Source: a virus (taxonomy: Duplodnaviria; Caudoviricetes). From it: a DNA stretch of 63,927 bases. The position numbers and the translations under genes were made by a program. Below the pieces are notes generated by a model. The model made no database searches, was not told the DNA's origin, and worked only from the letters and a program-made list of their open reading frames with translations. Where the stretch lies: the IMG/VR virus record IMGVR_UViG_3300048587_000084, positions 1 to 63,927 of that record; one strand, given 5' to 3'. Every line of letters begins with the position of its first letter. Position 1 is the stretch's first letter. Below are positions 1 through 8,916 of the stretch, in pieces.

Positions 1-127
1 ACGGTCAGCTGCTCTGCCGTGGTCGGCACGCGGTAGCCGTGCAGCGTGAGCGTGCCTGCAGCGTCCGGCACTGGCGCTACGGTGTAGCTGTCGCTGGCGA
101 TGTCGACGATGATGCGGCGGGTGATGC
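1..127. repeat. 127-bp exact terminal overlap with 63801-63927 (circular contig)
   Basis: acggtcagct...gtgatgc is identical at both ends, and a CDS reads in frame across the join. Confidence 0.97.
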
Positions 128-434
128 TGCCGGTGTCGGTCGCCCAGTTCGGCTCGTGGATCTGCGCAACGGCGAGCGAGGTGATCTCGATCGGATCGTT
201 GCTGGCGCTGTGCTCAGCGCGCGACAGCTCGAACCAGCCCGCCGGCATCGCATAGGCTGCGGTGCCGATCGCCAGCACCTGCGTGGTCGTGGCGCGCAAC
301 AGGCGCCCACGCTTGCACGCTTCCGCAATGCCGTCGTTCAGCGCCTCGATGCCGTGCGCAGTGGAGTGCAGCTGCGGCTCGGCGTTGTCGTCGATGACCT
401 GGCGCCAACGCGCCAGCAGCTCGCGTTGATTCAC
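1..434 (-). CDS. 5' part of a head-tail adaptor-like protein (about 220 aa, continues at 63800-63572)
   Basis: GTG at 434 overlaps the stop of 431..901. VNQRELLARWRQVIDD...LNDGIAEACKR is in frame with ORF 63572..63871 across the join. Sits after the capsid genes. Confidence 0.75.
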   Translation of the reverse strand, partial: MNQRELLARWRQVIDDNAEPQLHSTAHGIEALNDGIAEACKRGRLLRATTTQVLAIGTAAYAMPAGWFELSRAEHSASNDPIEITSLAVAQIHEPNWATDTGSITRRIIVDIASDSYTVAPVPDAAGTLTLHGYRVPTTAEQLT

Positions 435-901
435 GGCGTGAGCGCAGCGATGCGCGACTGGATCAGCGTCACCACCGACGTGCGGGGTGCCGGCGTGGTC
501 GACGCCTGCTCAGCAGCCAGCACAGCCTGCAGCACAGCCAGATCCTCGACGGTCGTGATGATGGAGCGCAGGTCGGCAACGGTGGATGCACGCAGCGCGG
601 CGGCGCGCTCATCCTGCTCCGGCGTGAGATCCACCGGCGACAGTGCGATGGCCGGCGTTTGCGGCAGACTCGGCGGCGGCGAAGTGATCTCGACCGGTGC
701 GGGCTGGCGCGTTAGCGCTACGGGCGGCGTTGCGGCCTTGTAGCCCTCGGTGATCGAAAGTAGGCGCTCGATGTGCTCGGGGTCGTCGACCTCGCACACG
801 TGCGGCGACTGCGGGTTGTTGTCGAGCGGCCGAAAGAAATACTCGCGCGTGCCGAGTGACACCGGCGCGTGTGGCCGCTTGAACAGAGATTCAATGAGCA
901 T
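431..901 (-). CDS. hypothetical head-region protein
   Basis: 156 aa, coupled to the next gene, HVCEVDDPEHIERLLSITEGY motif. Confidence 0.75.
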   Translation of the reverse strand: MLIESLFKRPHAPVSLGTREYFFRPLDNNPQSPHVCEVDDPEHIERLLSITEGYKAATPPVALTRQPAPVEITSPPPSLPQTPAIALSPVDLTPEQDERAAALRASTVADLRSIITTVEDLAVLQAVLAAEQASTTPAPRTSVVTLIQSRIAALTP

Positions 902-930
902 GGGGGTGTCCTGGAGCGGAAGGAAGCGAA

Positions 931-948
931 GGGGCGGTTGCCCGCCCC
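931..948 (-). terminator. putative intrinsic terminator or hairpin after 958..1416
   Basis: ggggcgg-ttgc-ccgcccc stem followed by a pyrimidine-rich tract on the minus strand. Confidence 0.45.
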
Positions 949-957
949 CTCGTCAGA

Positions 958-1416
958 TCACGCGTGAGCCGGCCGGAAGGCCATCTTGAACACGATCTTC
1001 TTGGCGACCACACCGGTAGCAACGGCCGTTTTGACGGTGGCGATGATCAGGCGATCTTCGTCACTGGCAGCGGCGTTGTACGGGTCGATGAGGTTCGGCG
1101 CGTGGTTGTAGTACGCCTCGGTTCCACCGAGCGCAACCCCATCGAAAATCAGATCCAGGTTGCCATCGATGCCGACGTCGAGCGTGCCGGTCGGCGCGGC
1201 GTTGCTATCCAGTTCCTCGAACCGGACGCGGCACAGGTCCGGTTCGAGCACGTACCCAGCGGGCCAGTAGCACACATCGATGGTGTCGTTAATGGCCGGC
1301 GCGACAGCAGCGCCGAACTGGTATTCCGACTCGATGATGACGGGCACGCCAATCTGCCCGCGGTTGGTGATCGGCGCGTTGGACGCGGCGCCGCGCGTTG
1401 CGACATAAGCAGCCAT
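958..1416 (-). CDS. putative capsid decoration/cement protein
   Basis: 152 aa, beta-rich, directly after the major capsid gene, GGAG RBS. Confidence 0.6.
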   Translation of the reverse strand: MAAYVATRGAASNAPITNRGQIGVPVIIESEYQFGAAVAPAINDTIDVCYWPAGYVLEPDLCRVRFEELDSNAAPTGTLDVGIDGNLDLIFDGVALGGTEAYYNHAPNLIDPYNAAASDEDRLIIATVKTAVATGVVAKKIVFKMAFRPAHA

Positions 1417-1445
1417 TTTGAAACTCCTGAACTTGAGCGGTGGTA

Positions 1446-1475
1446 GACAGCGCCGGCATTGCTGCCGGCGGTGTC
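1446..1475. terminator. GC-rich hairpin after the major capsid gene
   Basis: gaca-g-cgccggca ttgc tgccggcg-g-tgtc inverted repeat. Confidence 0.5.
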
Positions 1476-1488
1476 AATCGCTGATGGG

Positions 1489-2592
1489 TTACGCCGGGTC
1501 GGCGGCGGCGGTGTCGATCGAGATAACACCGTAGTCGTAGCCGTTGAATCGGGACTTCTTGCAGCCCACGATTACATCGGCGCCGATGATCAGGTCGTTA
1601 CCACGGTTCTCCATTTCCTCGTGCCACTGGAAGCGGAGGCCTTCGCCCGGCGAACCGAACGCAAGCACGCCAGCCTGGCGGCCAAGGAACAGCGCGCGCG
1701 CTGCAGCCACGTTGTTGCCCGCACCGTAGTCGTTGAACCGAACCACGCTCTCGTGCGAGTGCAGGATGGTCCCGCGCAGCATGCCCAGCGCTTCCCCGAA
1801 GATCGGGTTGCTGCGGCCCTCGGCACCGGCGGCGGCCTTCTGGATGTCCAGCCAGTCGCCCGTGGTGCTCGTGGTGCGCATGTCATGCTCTTGGTACGTG
1901 TGCATGAGCATGCAGTAACGGCCGGTGCCCTCGATGTTGCTCGGCTGCAGCTTGGTCAGCGCGTTCTGCGCCGAGCCGCCGCCCATCGTGGTCGCCTTGG
2001 TCACGGCGCGCTCGACCACCGCACGGCTCATCTTGCCGCCGCTGGTGAGCGTGGCCTTGGAGCTGCCATCGCCGTACATGATGTGCGAGCTGTCCGGCGC
2101 CTGGATCGCGTTGTTGGCGCGTCCCGTCCAGCCCAGCGGCCAGACGAAATCCGGGTTGATACCGCGGGCACCCGACAGGTAGATGAAAATCATCTCGTCG
2201 AACAGGCGCGCCCAGTATTCCCGGAGGCGAGCGCGGGCGATCGTGCGCAGGTTGTGGAGCGTGCGCTTGCGGCTCATCTTGCCGCCGGCATTCACACCCT
2301 TATACATCTGGTCGATGCGCACGTAGTCCTGGAAGAACTTGAGGTTCGACTCAGAGCCTTCGCGGGCGGCATCGCCCTCCACCGGCACGCCGTTGACGGC
2401 GACGCTGATGTCGTACTTGACCTCGTCACCGTCGTCGGATTCGAGATCGGTCTTCAGCTGGATCGGCAGCGTGTCACCGGTGCCCATCATCTTGCGGGTG
2501 AAATAGCTGGACTTGGAGATGTCGACGAACAGCGACGCGCTCCAGAGTTTCACTGCTTGGGGGCTGTTCAGCCCAATTACGGTCTGTGCCAT
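1489..2592 (-). CDS. major capsid protein, N4-gp56/DUF4043 family
   Basis: 367 aa. MAQTVIGLNSPQAVKLWS, GGKMSRKRTLHNLR, NPIFGEALG, KSRFNGYDYGVISIDTA are typical of this family. Confidence 0.9.
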   Translation of the reverse strand: MAQTVIGLNSPQAVKLWSASLFVDISKSSYFTRKMMGTGDTLPIQLKTDLESDDGDEVKYDISVAVNGVPVEGDAAREGSESNLKFFQDYVRIDQMYKGVNAGGKMSRKRTLHNLRTIARARLREYWARLFDEMIFIYLSGARGINPDFVWPLGWTGRANNAIQAPDSSHIMYGDGSSKATLTSGGKMSRAVVERAVTKATTMGGGSAQNALTKLQPSNIEGTGRYCMLMHTYQEHDMRTTSTTGDWLDIQKAAAGAEGRSNPIFGEALGMLRGTILHSHESVVRFNDYGAGNNVAAARALFLGRQAGVLAFGSPGEGLRFQWHEEMENRGNDLIIGADVIVGCKKSRFNGYDYGVISIDTAAADPA

Positions 2593-2603
2593 GGCATGAG
2601 TTC

Positions 2604-2837
2604 CTACATTGCGAGTGGGTTGTCGGCACTCATGCGCCTGGGTGTTGCATCCTCAGCACTCGTGCGCTGGGGAGTTGCCGGCCGCGTGAACGGCTTGGGC
2701 GGATCCTTGACTTGCGTGACACGGTCGGGGCCATCGATGCGCACGCGGATGCGCGCGCCGGTCTTGGCCTCGATCGTTACCGTGGTGTCAGCGATGCGGA
2801 TCTGGTTGCCGGGCACCAGATCCAGATAGAGCGCCAT
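2604..2837 (-). CDS. small CsrA-fold-like protein
   Basis: LYLDLVPGNQIRIADTTVTIEAKTGARIRVRIDGPDRV follows the CsrA strand pattern ([39 protein letters not shown]). Confidence 0.55.
   Translation of the reverse strand: MALYLDLVPGNQIRIADTTVTIEAKTGARIRVRIDGPDRVTQVKDPPKPFTRPATPQRTSAEDATPRRMSADNPLAM
2626..2667 (-). promoter_or_regulatory. twin GCGCAYGAGTGC hairpin motifs upstream of the capsid start
   Basis: GCACTCATGCGC at 2626-2637 and GCACTCGTGCGC at 2656-2667, 30 bp apart. Confidence 0.5.
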
Positions 2838-2840
2838 CGC

Positions 2841-3689
2841 TTAGGCTTGCTTCTCGACCACGCTGTACGAGCCGGGCGTTTTGAGCAACAGCTGCTCGAT
2901 CTGGTCGCCGCTCATGCGCATCAGCGCGGACTCGGCGTCCTCGATCGACAGATTGGCCAGCGCGCCCACGTCGTGGTGCACCGGCGATGCGGTCGATGCA
3001 GACGGCGCACTGGCCAGCCGCGGCGGAATGCCTGAGAGGTCCGGCGTGCGCGAGGGCGGGCCGGCTGGCGCTGCGGCCATGCCGGGCACGACAGCCCGGA
3101 ACTGCTTGTATGCCTCGCCCAGCAGTTCTGCGTTTCCGAGCTTGCGGCCCGTTTCCGCGTCGATGCGGTCGACCAGCGACTGAAACAGCTTGTTGCGCGT
3201 CGGGTCAGCGAGGTCGGCATTCTCCGGGCGCTGCATCAGCTGCACCGACAGATCCTCGAAGGTCTGCGCCTGCACCTGCGCGTTGTGCGCCGCGGTCTGC
3301 GTGCTGATCTGCGAGCCGATCGCCTGCAGCAATCGTCGCTCGGTTTCGGCCGCCGTGATGGCGTCGCGCTTCTCGTCGTACTCCGACTGCAGCAGATCGC
3401 CCTCCTCCATTGCAGCCTTAAGTGCTGCGCGCTCGGCCGCGAAGTCGCGCGCTGCGAGTTCTGCCGGCACCTCGATGTTGATCGTCGGCGCGACAGCCAC
3501 CGGCGCCTGTGCCTGCAGCACTGGCGCTTCGACGACGGGCGGCACTTCCGGAGCGGCTTCCGGCGCCGGCGCGTCTGCTGCAGCCTTTGCGGCCGCTGCG
3601 GCTGCGCGTTCGGCCTCATCCGCCTCGATGACGGCACGTTCGCCGTCGGTCAGCTCGTCAATCCCGCCCTGTGTTTGTGACTCGGTCAT
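2841..3689 (-). CDS. putative capsid scaffolding protein
   Basis: 282 aa, acidic, Ala-rich and helical, between portal and capsid. Confidence 0.7.
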   Translation of the reverse strand: MTESQTQGGIDELTDGERAVIEADEAERAAAAAAKAAADAPAPEAAPEVPPVVEAPVLQAQAPVAVAPTINIEVPAELAARDFAAERAALKAAMEEGDLLQSEYDEKRDAITAAETERRLLQAIGSQISTQTAAHNAQVQAQTFEDLSVQLMQRPENADLADPTRNKLFQSLVDRIDAETGRKLGNAELLGEAYKQFRAVVPGMAAAPAGPPSRTPDLSGIPPRLASAPSASTASPVHHDVGALANLSIEDAESALMRMSGDQIEQLLLKTPGSYSVVEKQA

Positions 3690-5791
3690 ATGGCACCCGG
3701 TTGTTGGTTGGCATTCGCGATGACCTGGTCGGCAGTTGGTGCAAACGGCAGCATCTGCGCGATCAGTTGCGCGGTGGTCAGGGCCTTGCCCTGTGTATCG
3801 ACTCGCTGCGACTCCGCATCTGCGAGTAGCTTCTTGGCCTGCGCTTCGGTGTACGTAACATTGGCGCCGCGCTCGCGCTGCACCATGGCCTGTTCCTCAG
3901 CTGCAGCCTGTTCCTTCTGCTGTCGCTTGGCCTGCTGCTCGGGATCGTTCTCGGATCCTGGGTCAGCGTGTCCGTTCAACTCACGGATGCGCTTGACGAT
4001 CACGTCCTTGCCCGGCAGGTCGGTCAGGTCAATGGCCAGATCCAGCAGCTGCAGGCCGATCTGCGGATCCAGCTGACCGATCGTCTCCATCAGCTGCTCG
4101 GCCATCGCGAGGCGCATCGTTTCGCGGTAGTCCTGCGCGTCGACCACGAAATCAGCCTGCTGCGCCGTGATGTCGTTGTGGTAGGTCCACTCACCGGTGG
4201 TTTCATCGAACACCGGCGTATTGATCTCCATCCAGTCGATGGAATGCTGGTTCTCTGTGATCCGGAACTGCATCGGCCCGGTGCAATACTGCTCGGCCAG
4301 GCTTAGTACCTTCTGCCCGCTGATTTTGAACGCGAGCCTGTAGTTGTCGAACAGCGCCGCGGTGGTCAGCGCGCCTTCGCTCTGCTTGGCCTGAATCGCC
4401 CGGCCGCTCTGGGCATTGGTGTCGCGCCCCAGCTGCTCGCGGTTGACGCCGGTGCCGTCGTGAATGTGCGCGGATGCCACTTCGGCGAGGTTCACCTGCC
4501 CTGCGGCCAGTGCCTCACCTCGAAGGATCTCGAAGCGCTTGCTGCCGGCGCCGTTCTTGGCGCTGTTGAGCTTGATGATGCCGTCCGGTCGCGCGGCGTT
4601 GTCCGCCACGTCGTCCCAGTCGTTGACCGCATCCTCGTCGCCAATGACCTGGTTGGCCGCCAGGTGAAACTGCGCCTTGCTCATGCGCTTGTTGAAATCG
4701 CTCTGCGCATCGCGCACGCCACGAATCACGCCGTAGGGCATGCCGTCGCGGTCGCGCCTGAACCCCCAGTATGGCGTGAGGCTGAACCGGTCATGCCGCA
4801 TCGGCATCTTGTCTGACCGCAGCACCCCGTTCGGAACCCACAGCGCGTAGTGGATTTGCTGCCGGATCGTGTCTGACAGGCTGATCGCCCCATCCTGGTA
4901 CAGCTTCACCAGATCCGGGTTGCTCGGATCAAACCACTGGCCGTGATTCCCACCGTCTCGCGCCGTGATGCGCTTGGCCGCCACCGGCTTGCGGAACTGC
5001 GTCTCGATGATCGTGACGCGCATACGCAGGCCGTAGGGCGCGATCCCTGCCCAGTTGCGCGATACCCTTGTGCGGCCGAACTCGTCCGCCCGCAGCCACA
5101 GCTGCGGCACGTCCTCGTCCGACATTTCATCGTCGATGTCGAAGCCGAGCCGGCCCTCGATGTTCGCTGCCGACTGAATCAGCGCCTCGTGCTCCGGGAA
5201 CATCGCCACCGCATATTCCACGTCAAGCGTGCGGCGCCGATGGATGTAGCGCGCGTCCTTGAGCTGCAGGTGCCGTGAGTGCGGGTCCAGCCACACATTG
5301 CGCCATGACTCGTGCTCGCACAGCACCGGCGGGTCGTTCGGGTCTGTCGTGACCGTCTCATCGGTCCAGCCGATGCCGACCTTGACCTGATCCTCGAATG
5401 CGCGTGAGCGCTCCCAGCTGAACCCGTTGACGTCGTCCAGATACTTCATGAAGGCCTGTTTGGCCTTCGCCGGCTCCGTGTCCTGCGGTCCACGCGGGCG
5501 GATGTTCCAATCCAGCCGGCTGCGTCGCTCCGTTCCCAGCAACCAATCGGTGGCGATCTTGACCTTGTTGAACACCAGCGGCGCCTGGAACCGCGCGTGC
5601 ATTTCCGCGATTTCCTCGGCGGTGTACTGCTCGTGGTCGTAGAACGCGGCGTCGGTCGCCTGCTCTGCGCGGTTCTGGCTGTGCCGATCGCGTGCGTCAT
5701 ACCACCAGTCGCTCAGCTGGCGCAGCAGCGCACTGTCATCCTTGCGCGGCGCTTGCGCGGCCGCGGTCGGCGTCGCCGGCTCCATGATCAT
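3686..5791 (-). CDS. portal protein (P22/933W-like)
   Basis: 701 aa. FYDHEQY, PLVFNKVK, GIGW, PYGVIRGVRDAQSDFNKRMSK, SGRAIQAKQ motifs. Confidence 0.9.
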   Translation of the reverse strand: MIMEPATPTAAAQAPRKDDSALLRQLSDWWYDARDRHSQNRAEQATDAAFYDHEQYTAEEIAEMHARFQAPLVFNKVKIATDWLLGTERRSRLDWNIRPRGPQDTEPAKAKQAFMKYLDDVNGFSWERSRAFEDQVKVGIGWTDETVTTDPNDPPVLCEHESWRNVWLDPHSRHLQLKDARYIHRRRTLDVEYAVAMFPEHEALIQSAANIEGRLGFDIDDEMSDEDVPQLWLRADEFGRTRVSRNWAGIAPYGLRMRVTIIETQFRKPVAAKRITARDGGNHGQWFDPSNPDLVKLYQDGAISLSDTIRQQIHYALWVPNGVLRSDKMPMRHDRFSLTPYWGFRRDRDGMPYGVIRGVRDAQSDFNKRMSKAQFHLAANQVIGDEDAVNDWDDVADNAARPDGIIKLNSAKNGAGSKRFEILRGEALAAGQVNLAEVASAHIHDGTGVNREQLGRDTNAQSGRAIQAKQSEGALTTAALFDNYRLAFKISGQKVLSLAEQYCTGPMQFRITENQHSIDWMEINTPVFDETTGEWTYHNDITAQQADFVVDAQDYRETMRLAMAEQLMETIGQLDPQIGLQLLDLAIDLTDLPGKDVIVKRIRELNGHADPGSENDPEQQAKRQQKEQAAAEEQAMVQRERGANVTYTEAQAKKLLADAESQRVDTQGKALTTAQLIAQMLPFAPTADQVIANANQQPGAI

Positions 5792-6231
5792 CAGCGGGCG
5801 TCCAGCATGATGACCTTGTCACCCGACTTGTGCGTCGCGGTGACGCGCACGCCGTCCTGCTCGATCTGTCGCGCGAACTGCTCCGGCGTCTTCACCGGTG
5901 CCGGCGTCTTGCGCAGCAGATCCTGCGTCCACTCGTAGACCGTGTCCAGGATGCGGAACACGTGACGCTTGTCGACGAACCCCTCCGAATACAGCGTGTC
6001 GGCGGCCTGCATCGCATTCAGCATCGCAGCGCGCGGGTTTCCCTCTTGGCGGATGTCCCATTGGTGCGCATCGTCCATGTAGATGCACACTTGGCGCTCC
6101 GGCCGCAGATGGTGCGACAGCACGAGTACCGGCTGCCGGCGCGTCGACCCCTCGGTCTTCACGCCATAGCCGAACTCGACGCGCAGGTCTCCTTTGCGCC
6201 CGGTGGCGTAGATGTCGGTTGCGTTGCTCAT
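5791..6231 (-). CDS. hypothetical protein
   Basis: 146 aa, overlaps both neighbours by 1-4 nt. Confidence 0.75.
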   Translation of the reverse strand: MSNATDIYATGRKGDLRVEFGYGVKTEGSTRRQPVLVLSHHLRPERQVCIYMDDAHQWDIRQEGNPRAAMLNAMQAADTLYSEGFVDKRHVFRILDTVYEWTQDLLRKTPAPVKTPEQFARQIEQDGVRVTATHKSGDKVIMLDAR

Positions 6232-6587
6232 GCCAGCTTTTCTGCACGCAGCTTTGAGCGCAACTCATAGCCAAGCAGCGGCCAGATCTTGTCTACGGCA
6301 TTTTGCCGCGCGATCTTGCGGCCGATAGCGGCATCGAAGTTGTCTGGGCTTGCGCAGGCTGACTCTCCCGTGGCAGTGAACCCGTTCCGCATGACCAGAA
6401 CGCAAAACGTCAATACAGCGAGAGCCCCTGGCACTCGGTGAGGATGGATTGCCGTTGCCTTTGCGCCATCCTCGGCCGTGAAATAATGCTCGCTTGTGAT
6501 TTCCGCCTCGATGGCTGTCGGTGTCACGCGTGGCGCGGTCAGGCCTTTGGCGAGGATTTCAGATTCGATGTCCATCACGTTGCTCAT
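6228..6587 (-). CDS. Gp49 family protein (Phage_gp49_66), possible Acb4-type nucleotide sponge
   Basis: ATG 6587 overlaps the terL stop. TAPRVTP, LTFCVLVMRNGFTATGESACASPDNFDAAIGRKIARQNAVDKIWPLLGYEL. Confidence 0.85.
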   Translation of the reverse strand: MSNVMDIESEILAKGLTAPRVTPTAIEAEITSEHYFTAEDGAKATAIHPHRVPGALAVLTFCVLVMRNGFTATGESACASPDNFDAAIGRKIARQNAVDKIWPLLGYELRSKLRAEKLA

Positions 6588-8161
6588 GCGGTCTTCCAGT
6601 TCCCAGGGTTGCCCTTCTTGCGGCGCTCCTGGCGTTGTTTTTCGGGCTCGAACCCCTGCGCGGCCTGCCTGAAGGCATCCACCCAGTTGCTCGACCAGTC
6701 GTGTAGCGGGTGATCGCGGAAGGTGCCGGTGACGTCCGACCACTCTTTGCGGTACGTGGCCAGCGCCGGCAGCAGCCCAACGCCTTCGCCCTCCAGCAGC
6801 TCTCCGCACCGCACCTTGTCGAACCGGCACAGCGGCAGCATCTGGCGGGTCATGTCGATGCCTTCGCCGATCGTCGATATGCGCGGCACCACCTTGACCT
6901 TGAACCCCAGGCCTTCAAGCACTTCACGCCGGCTCTTGCGGTCCTCGCGTGAGTAGTCCGTGACCGCCGCGTCATGCGGCAGGTGCTGGAACCCGTACAC
7001 GTAACCGCGCTCCATCGCGCGCTGCTGCAGCCACTGGGCGTAGTGGTGGATCGCCTCGCCGTTGTTGGCGTAGCTGTCGATCCAGTCGTAGTAGTCGCCG
7101 TTGTGCTGCATCAGCAGCAGCACGTTGGTGTCGTTGCTGCCGATGTCCCAGAACACGTGCACCTTGGCGCCCGGCCGCACTGGCAGCGGCTGCAGAATCC
7201 GCCCCTCAGACTCTGCTCGCGTCATCAGCTTGCCGAAGTACGTGCCGTCCTTGGCCGCCTTGAAGGCTTCTTCCGGTGTGGATGGGTACTCCTTCCACAT
7301 CTGGTCGCCCTGCTCGATCCGCTTCTTGGCGTACCAAGCGCGCTGCGATGGCGTCAGCGTGTAGCCCGTTTCATCCTCGACCGCGGCGAAGTATTCCGCC
7401 AGCTCGTCGCTGATCTCGACCCCATCAGGGTCCAGTTGGTACGTCGGATCCTCGAACCACGGCAGGAAATGGACCTTGTAGTCCATCTGCCCCAGCTTCG
7501 CGGTGCCCGATGCGATGCGCCGCTGCAGCGTGAGGGCCGCTTGGCACTTCGCGTAGAAGTCTCCGAAACTGCCCTCGGCCGTCGACTCGATCGTGACGTA
7601 GTTGCCTGGCGCGACCGTGTTCAGCGCACCCGACTGGATTTCCTTTGCTCGGAGCGGATCTCGCGAACAGATGCGGCCGTATTCCGATATGTGCAGCCAC
7701 TGCAGCGTGCCGGAGCGATGCGACAGTGACACCGTGATCTTCGAGCCGTTCGACAGCTCGAGCACGCCATTCATGTCGCGGCGTTTCACCGGCCTTGCGG
7801 CGCGAATCGATGCGGGCAGCTCGTCGTAGGCAAACAGAATCTTGTCGATGAACGCTTCGCGCGCATCGTCCTTGGTGTGAAACACCAGGCCGCACGAGGT
7901 GTTCGAGCGAAACAGCGCGATGTCCAGCGCGCGGATGCACGCCCAGGTCGTGATTCCGTGCTGGCGCGCTTTCAGGATGATGTTGAGGTTGTGCAGGCCA
8001 GCGTCTACACGCTTCTGCACCGCGTTCAGCCGGAACCGTCTCAGGTTCCCGTGCTTGTCCTTGATCTTGTAGAGATTGTTGAGGCGCCACTCGCGCGACG
8101 CCAGCTTTTCACGTAGCGATGCCTCAACCGCCGAATCCGGTGTCGGCGCCGTCGAGTTCAT
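6584..8161 (-). CDS. terL: terminase large subunit
   Basis: 525 aa. Walker A ILKARQHGITT, LHISEYG, IESTAEG, nuclease motifs WDIG and HDWSSNWVDAFR. Confidence 0.93.
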   Translation of the reverse strand: MNSTAPTPDSAVEASLREKLASREWRLNNLYKIKDKHGNLRRFRLNAVQKRVDAGLHNLNIILKARQHGITTWACIRALDIALFRSNTSCGLVFHTKDDAREAFIDKILFAYDELPASIRAARPVKRRDMNGVLELSNGSKITVSLSHRSGTLQWLHISEYGRICSRDPLRAKEIQSGALNTVAPGNYVTIESTAEGSFGDFYAKCQAALTLQRRIASGTAKLGQMDYKVHFLPWFEDPTYQLDPDGVEISDELAEYFAAVEDETGYTLTPSQRAWYAKKRIEQGDQMWKEYPSTPEEAFKAAKDGTYFGKLMTRAESEGRILQPLPVRPGAKVHVFWDIGSNDTNVLLLMQHNGDYYDWIDSYANNGEAIHHYAQWLQQRAMERGYVYGFQHLPHDAAVTDYSREDRKSRREVLEGLGFKVKVVPRISTIGEGIDMTRQMLPLCRFDKVRCGELLEGEGVGLLPALATYRKEWSDVTGTFRDHPLHDWSSNWVDAFRQAAQGFEPEKQRQERRKKGNPGNWKTA

Positions 8162-8858
8162 CCATCATTCTCCGCAAGTCGTCGCCTCCCGCCTGCTCTG
8201 GCGTCTTGGCATCTTTGATGCCGTGTGCGATTCGCTCGATCGCATCCAGGTCGCGTAGCGATGCCACCAGTTGCCGCGCTGTCTTGGCCAACTGCTCGAC
8301 CTGCAGCGCAGCAAGCGTGGCCAGCACTGCTCGCCTGATCTCCGCGTCATCGAGCGCCATTGCCGCACCACCCAGCGCCGTGAGCGTCGCCTCGATGTCG
8401 GGCGCTCTGTCCATCATCTGCGTAAGCCGGTCCAGCACGCGCTGGACCGTTACACGCGCTGCGCGCTGGTCTGCGCGCTGGCGCCCGATCACCGTGGCCG
8501 TGGCCTCGATGAACGCCGTCTGCACGTCATCCGCGCTTGTCAGCGGCCTGCCGGTGGCGTGCTCTGCCACGTGGCGCTGCACCGTAGCGGCGATGCGCCC
8601 AGCGACGTCGTCCGCGTCCGCGCGCTGCGCGCCGTTGCGTTTCGCCAGGCGGTACACGTAGGTGTCGCTGGTTTCGAACCGCCGCGCGATCTCGCGCACG
8701 CTCATCGCGCTGGCTGTGAACGCGTCCAGGATGGCGCGATCACGCGGTGTCACAGCTGTTGCACCTGCCGTTGCACCGCAACGCTTCCGTTGCACGTGCG
8801 TTGCCCCACCGCTACCGCCCGTTTTCCTTGTCCTACCAGCCTTTCCGGCCATTTCCAC
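8124..8858 (-). CDS. terS: terminase small subunit (alternative GTG start at 8753)
   Basis: HTH MSVREIARRFETSDTYVYRLAKR, C-terminal IERIAHGI, directly upstream of terL. Confidence 0.75.
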   Translation of the reverse strand: MEMAGKAGRTRKTGGSGGATHVQRKRCGATAGATAVTPRDRAILDAFTASAMSVREIARRFETSDTYVYRLAKRNGAQRADADDVAGRIAATVQRHVAEHATGRPLTSADDVQTAFIEATATVIGRQRADQRAARVTVQRVLDRLTQMMDRAPDIEATLTALGGAAMALDDAEIRRAVLATLAALQVEQLAKTARQLVASLRDLDAIERIAHGIKDAKTPEQAGGDDLRRMMDELDGADTGFGG

Positions 8859-8915
8859 ACCTAGCTCTTAGTTCCCTCTCGCGCGTGCGCGTGGAGGTGC
8901 AACAGGTTGTGCAAC
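8758..8915. repeat. inverted array of GTTGCAC heptamers (candidate pac/TerS-binding region)
   Basis: GTTGCAC at 8758, 8770 and 8789; GTGCAAC at 8897 and 8909. Confidence 0.6.
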
Positions 8916-8916
8916 A

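Noticed and set aside
1459-2829. Long antisense ORFs here and elsewhere (e.g. 41213..42679, 46582..48102, 32849..33997)
   Set aside because: They mirror well-supported genes on the opposite strand, as expected in high-GC DNA, and show no recognisable motifs.
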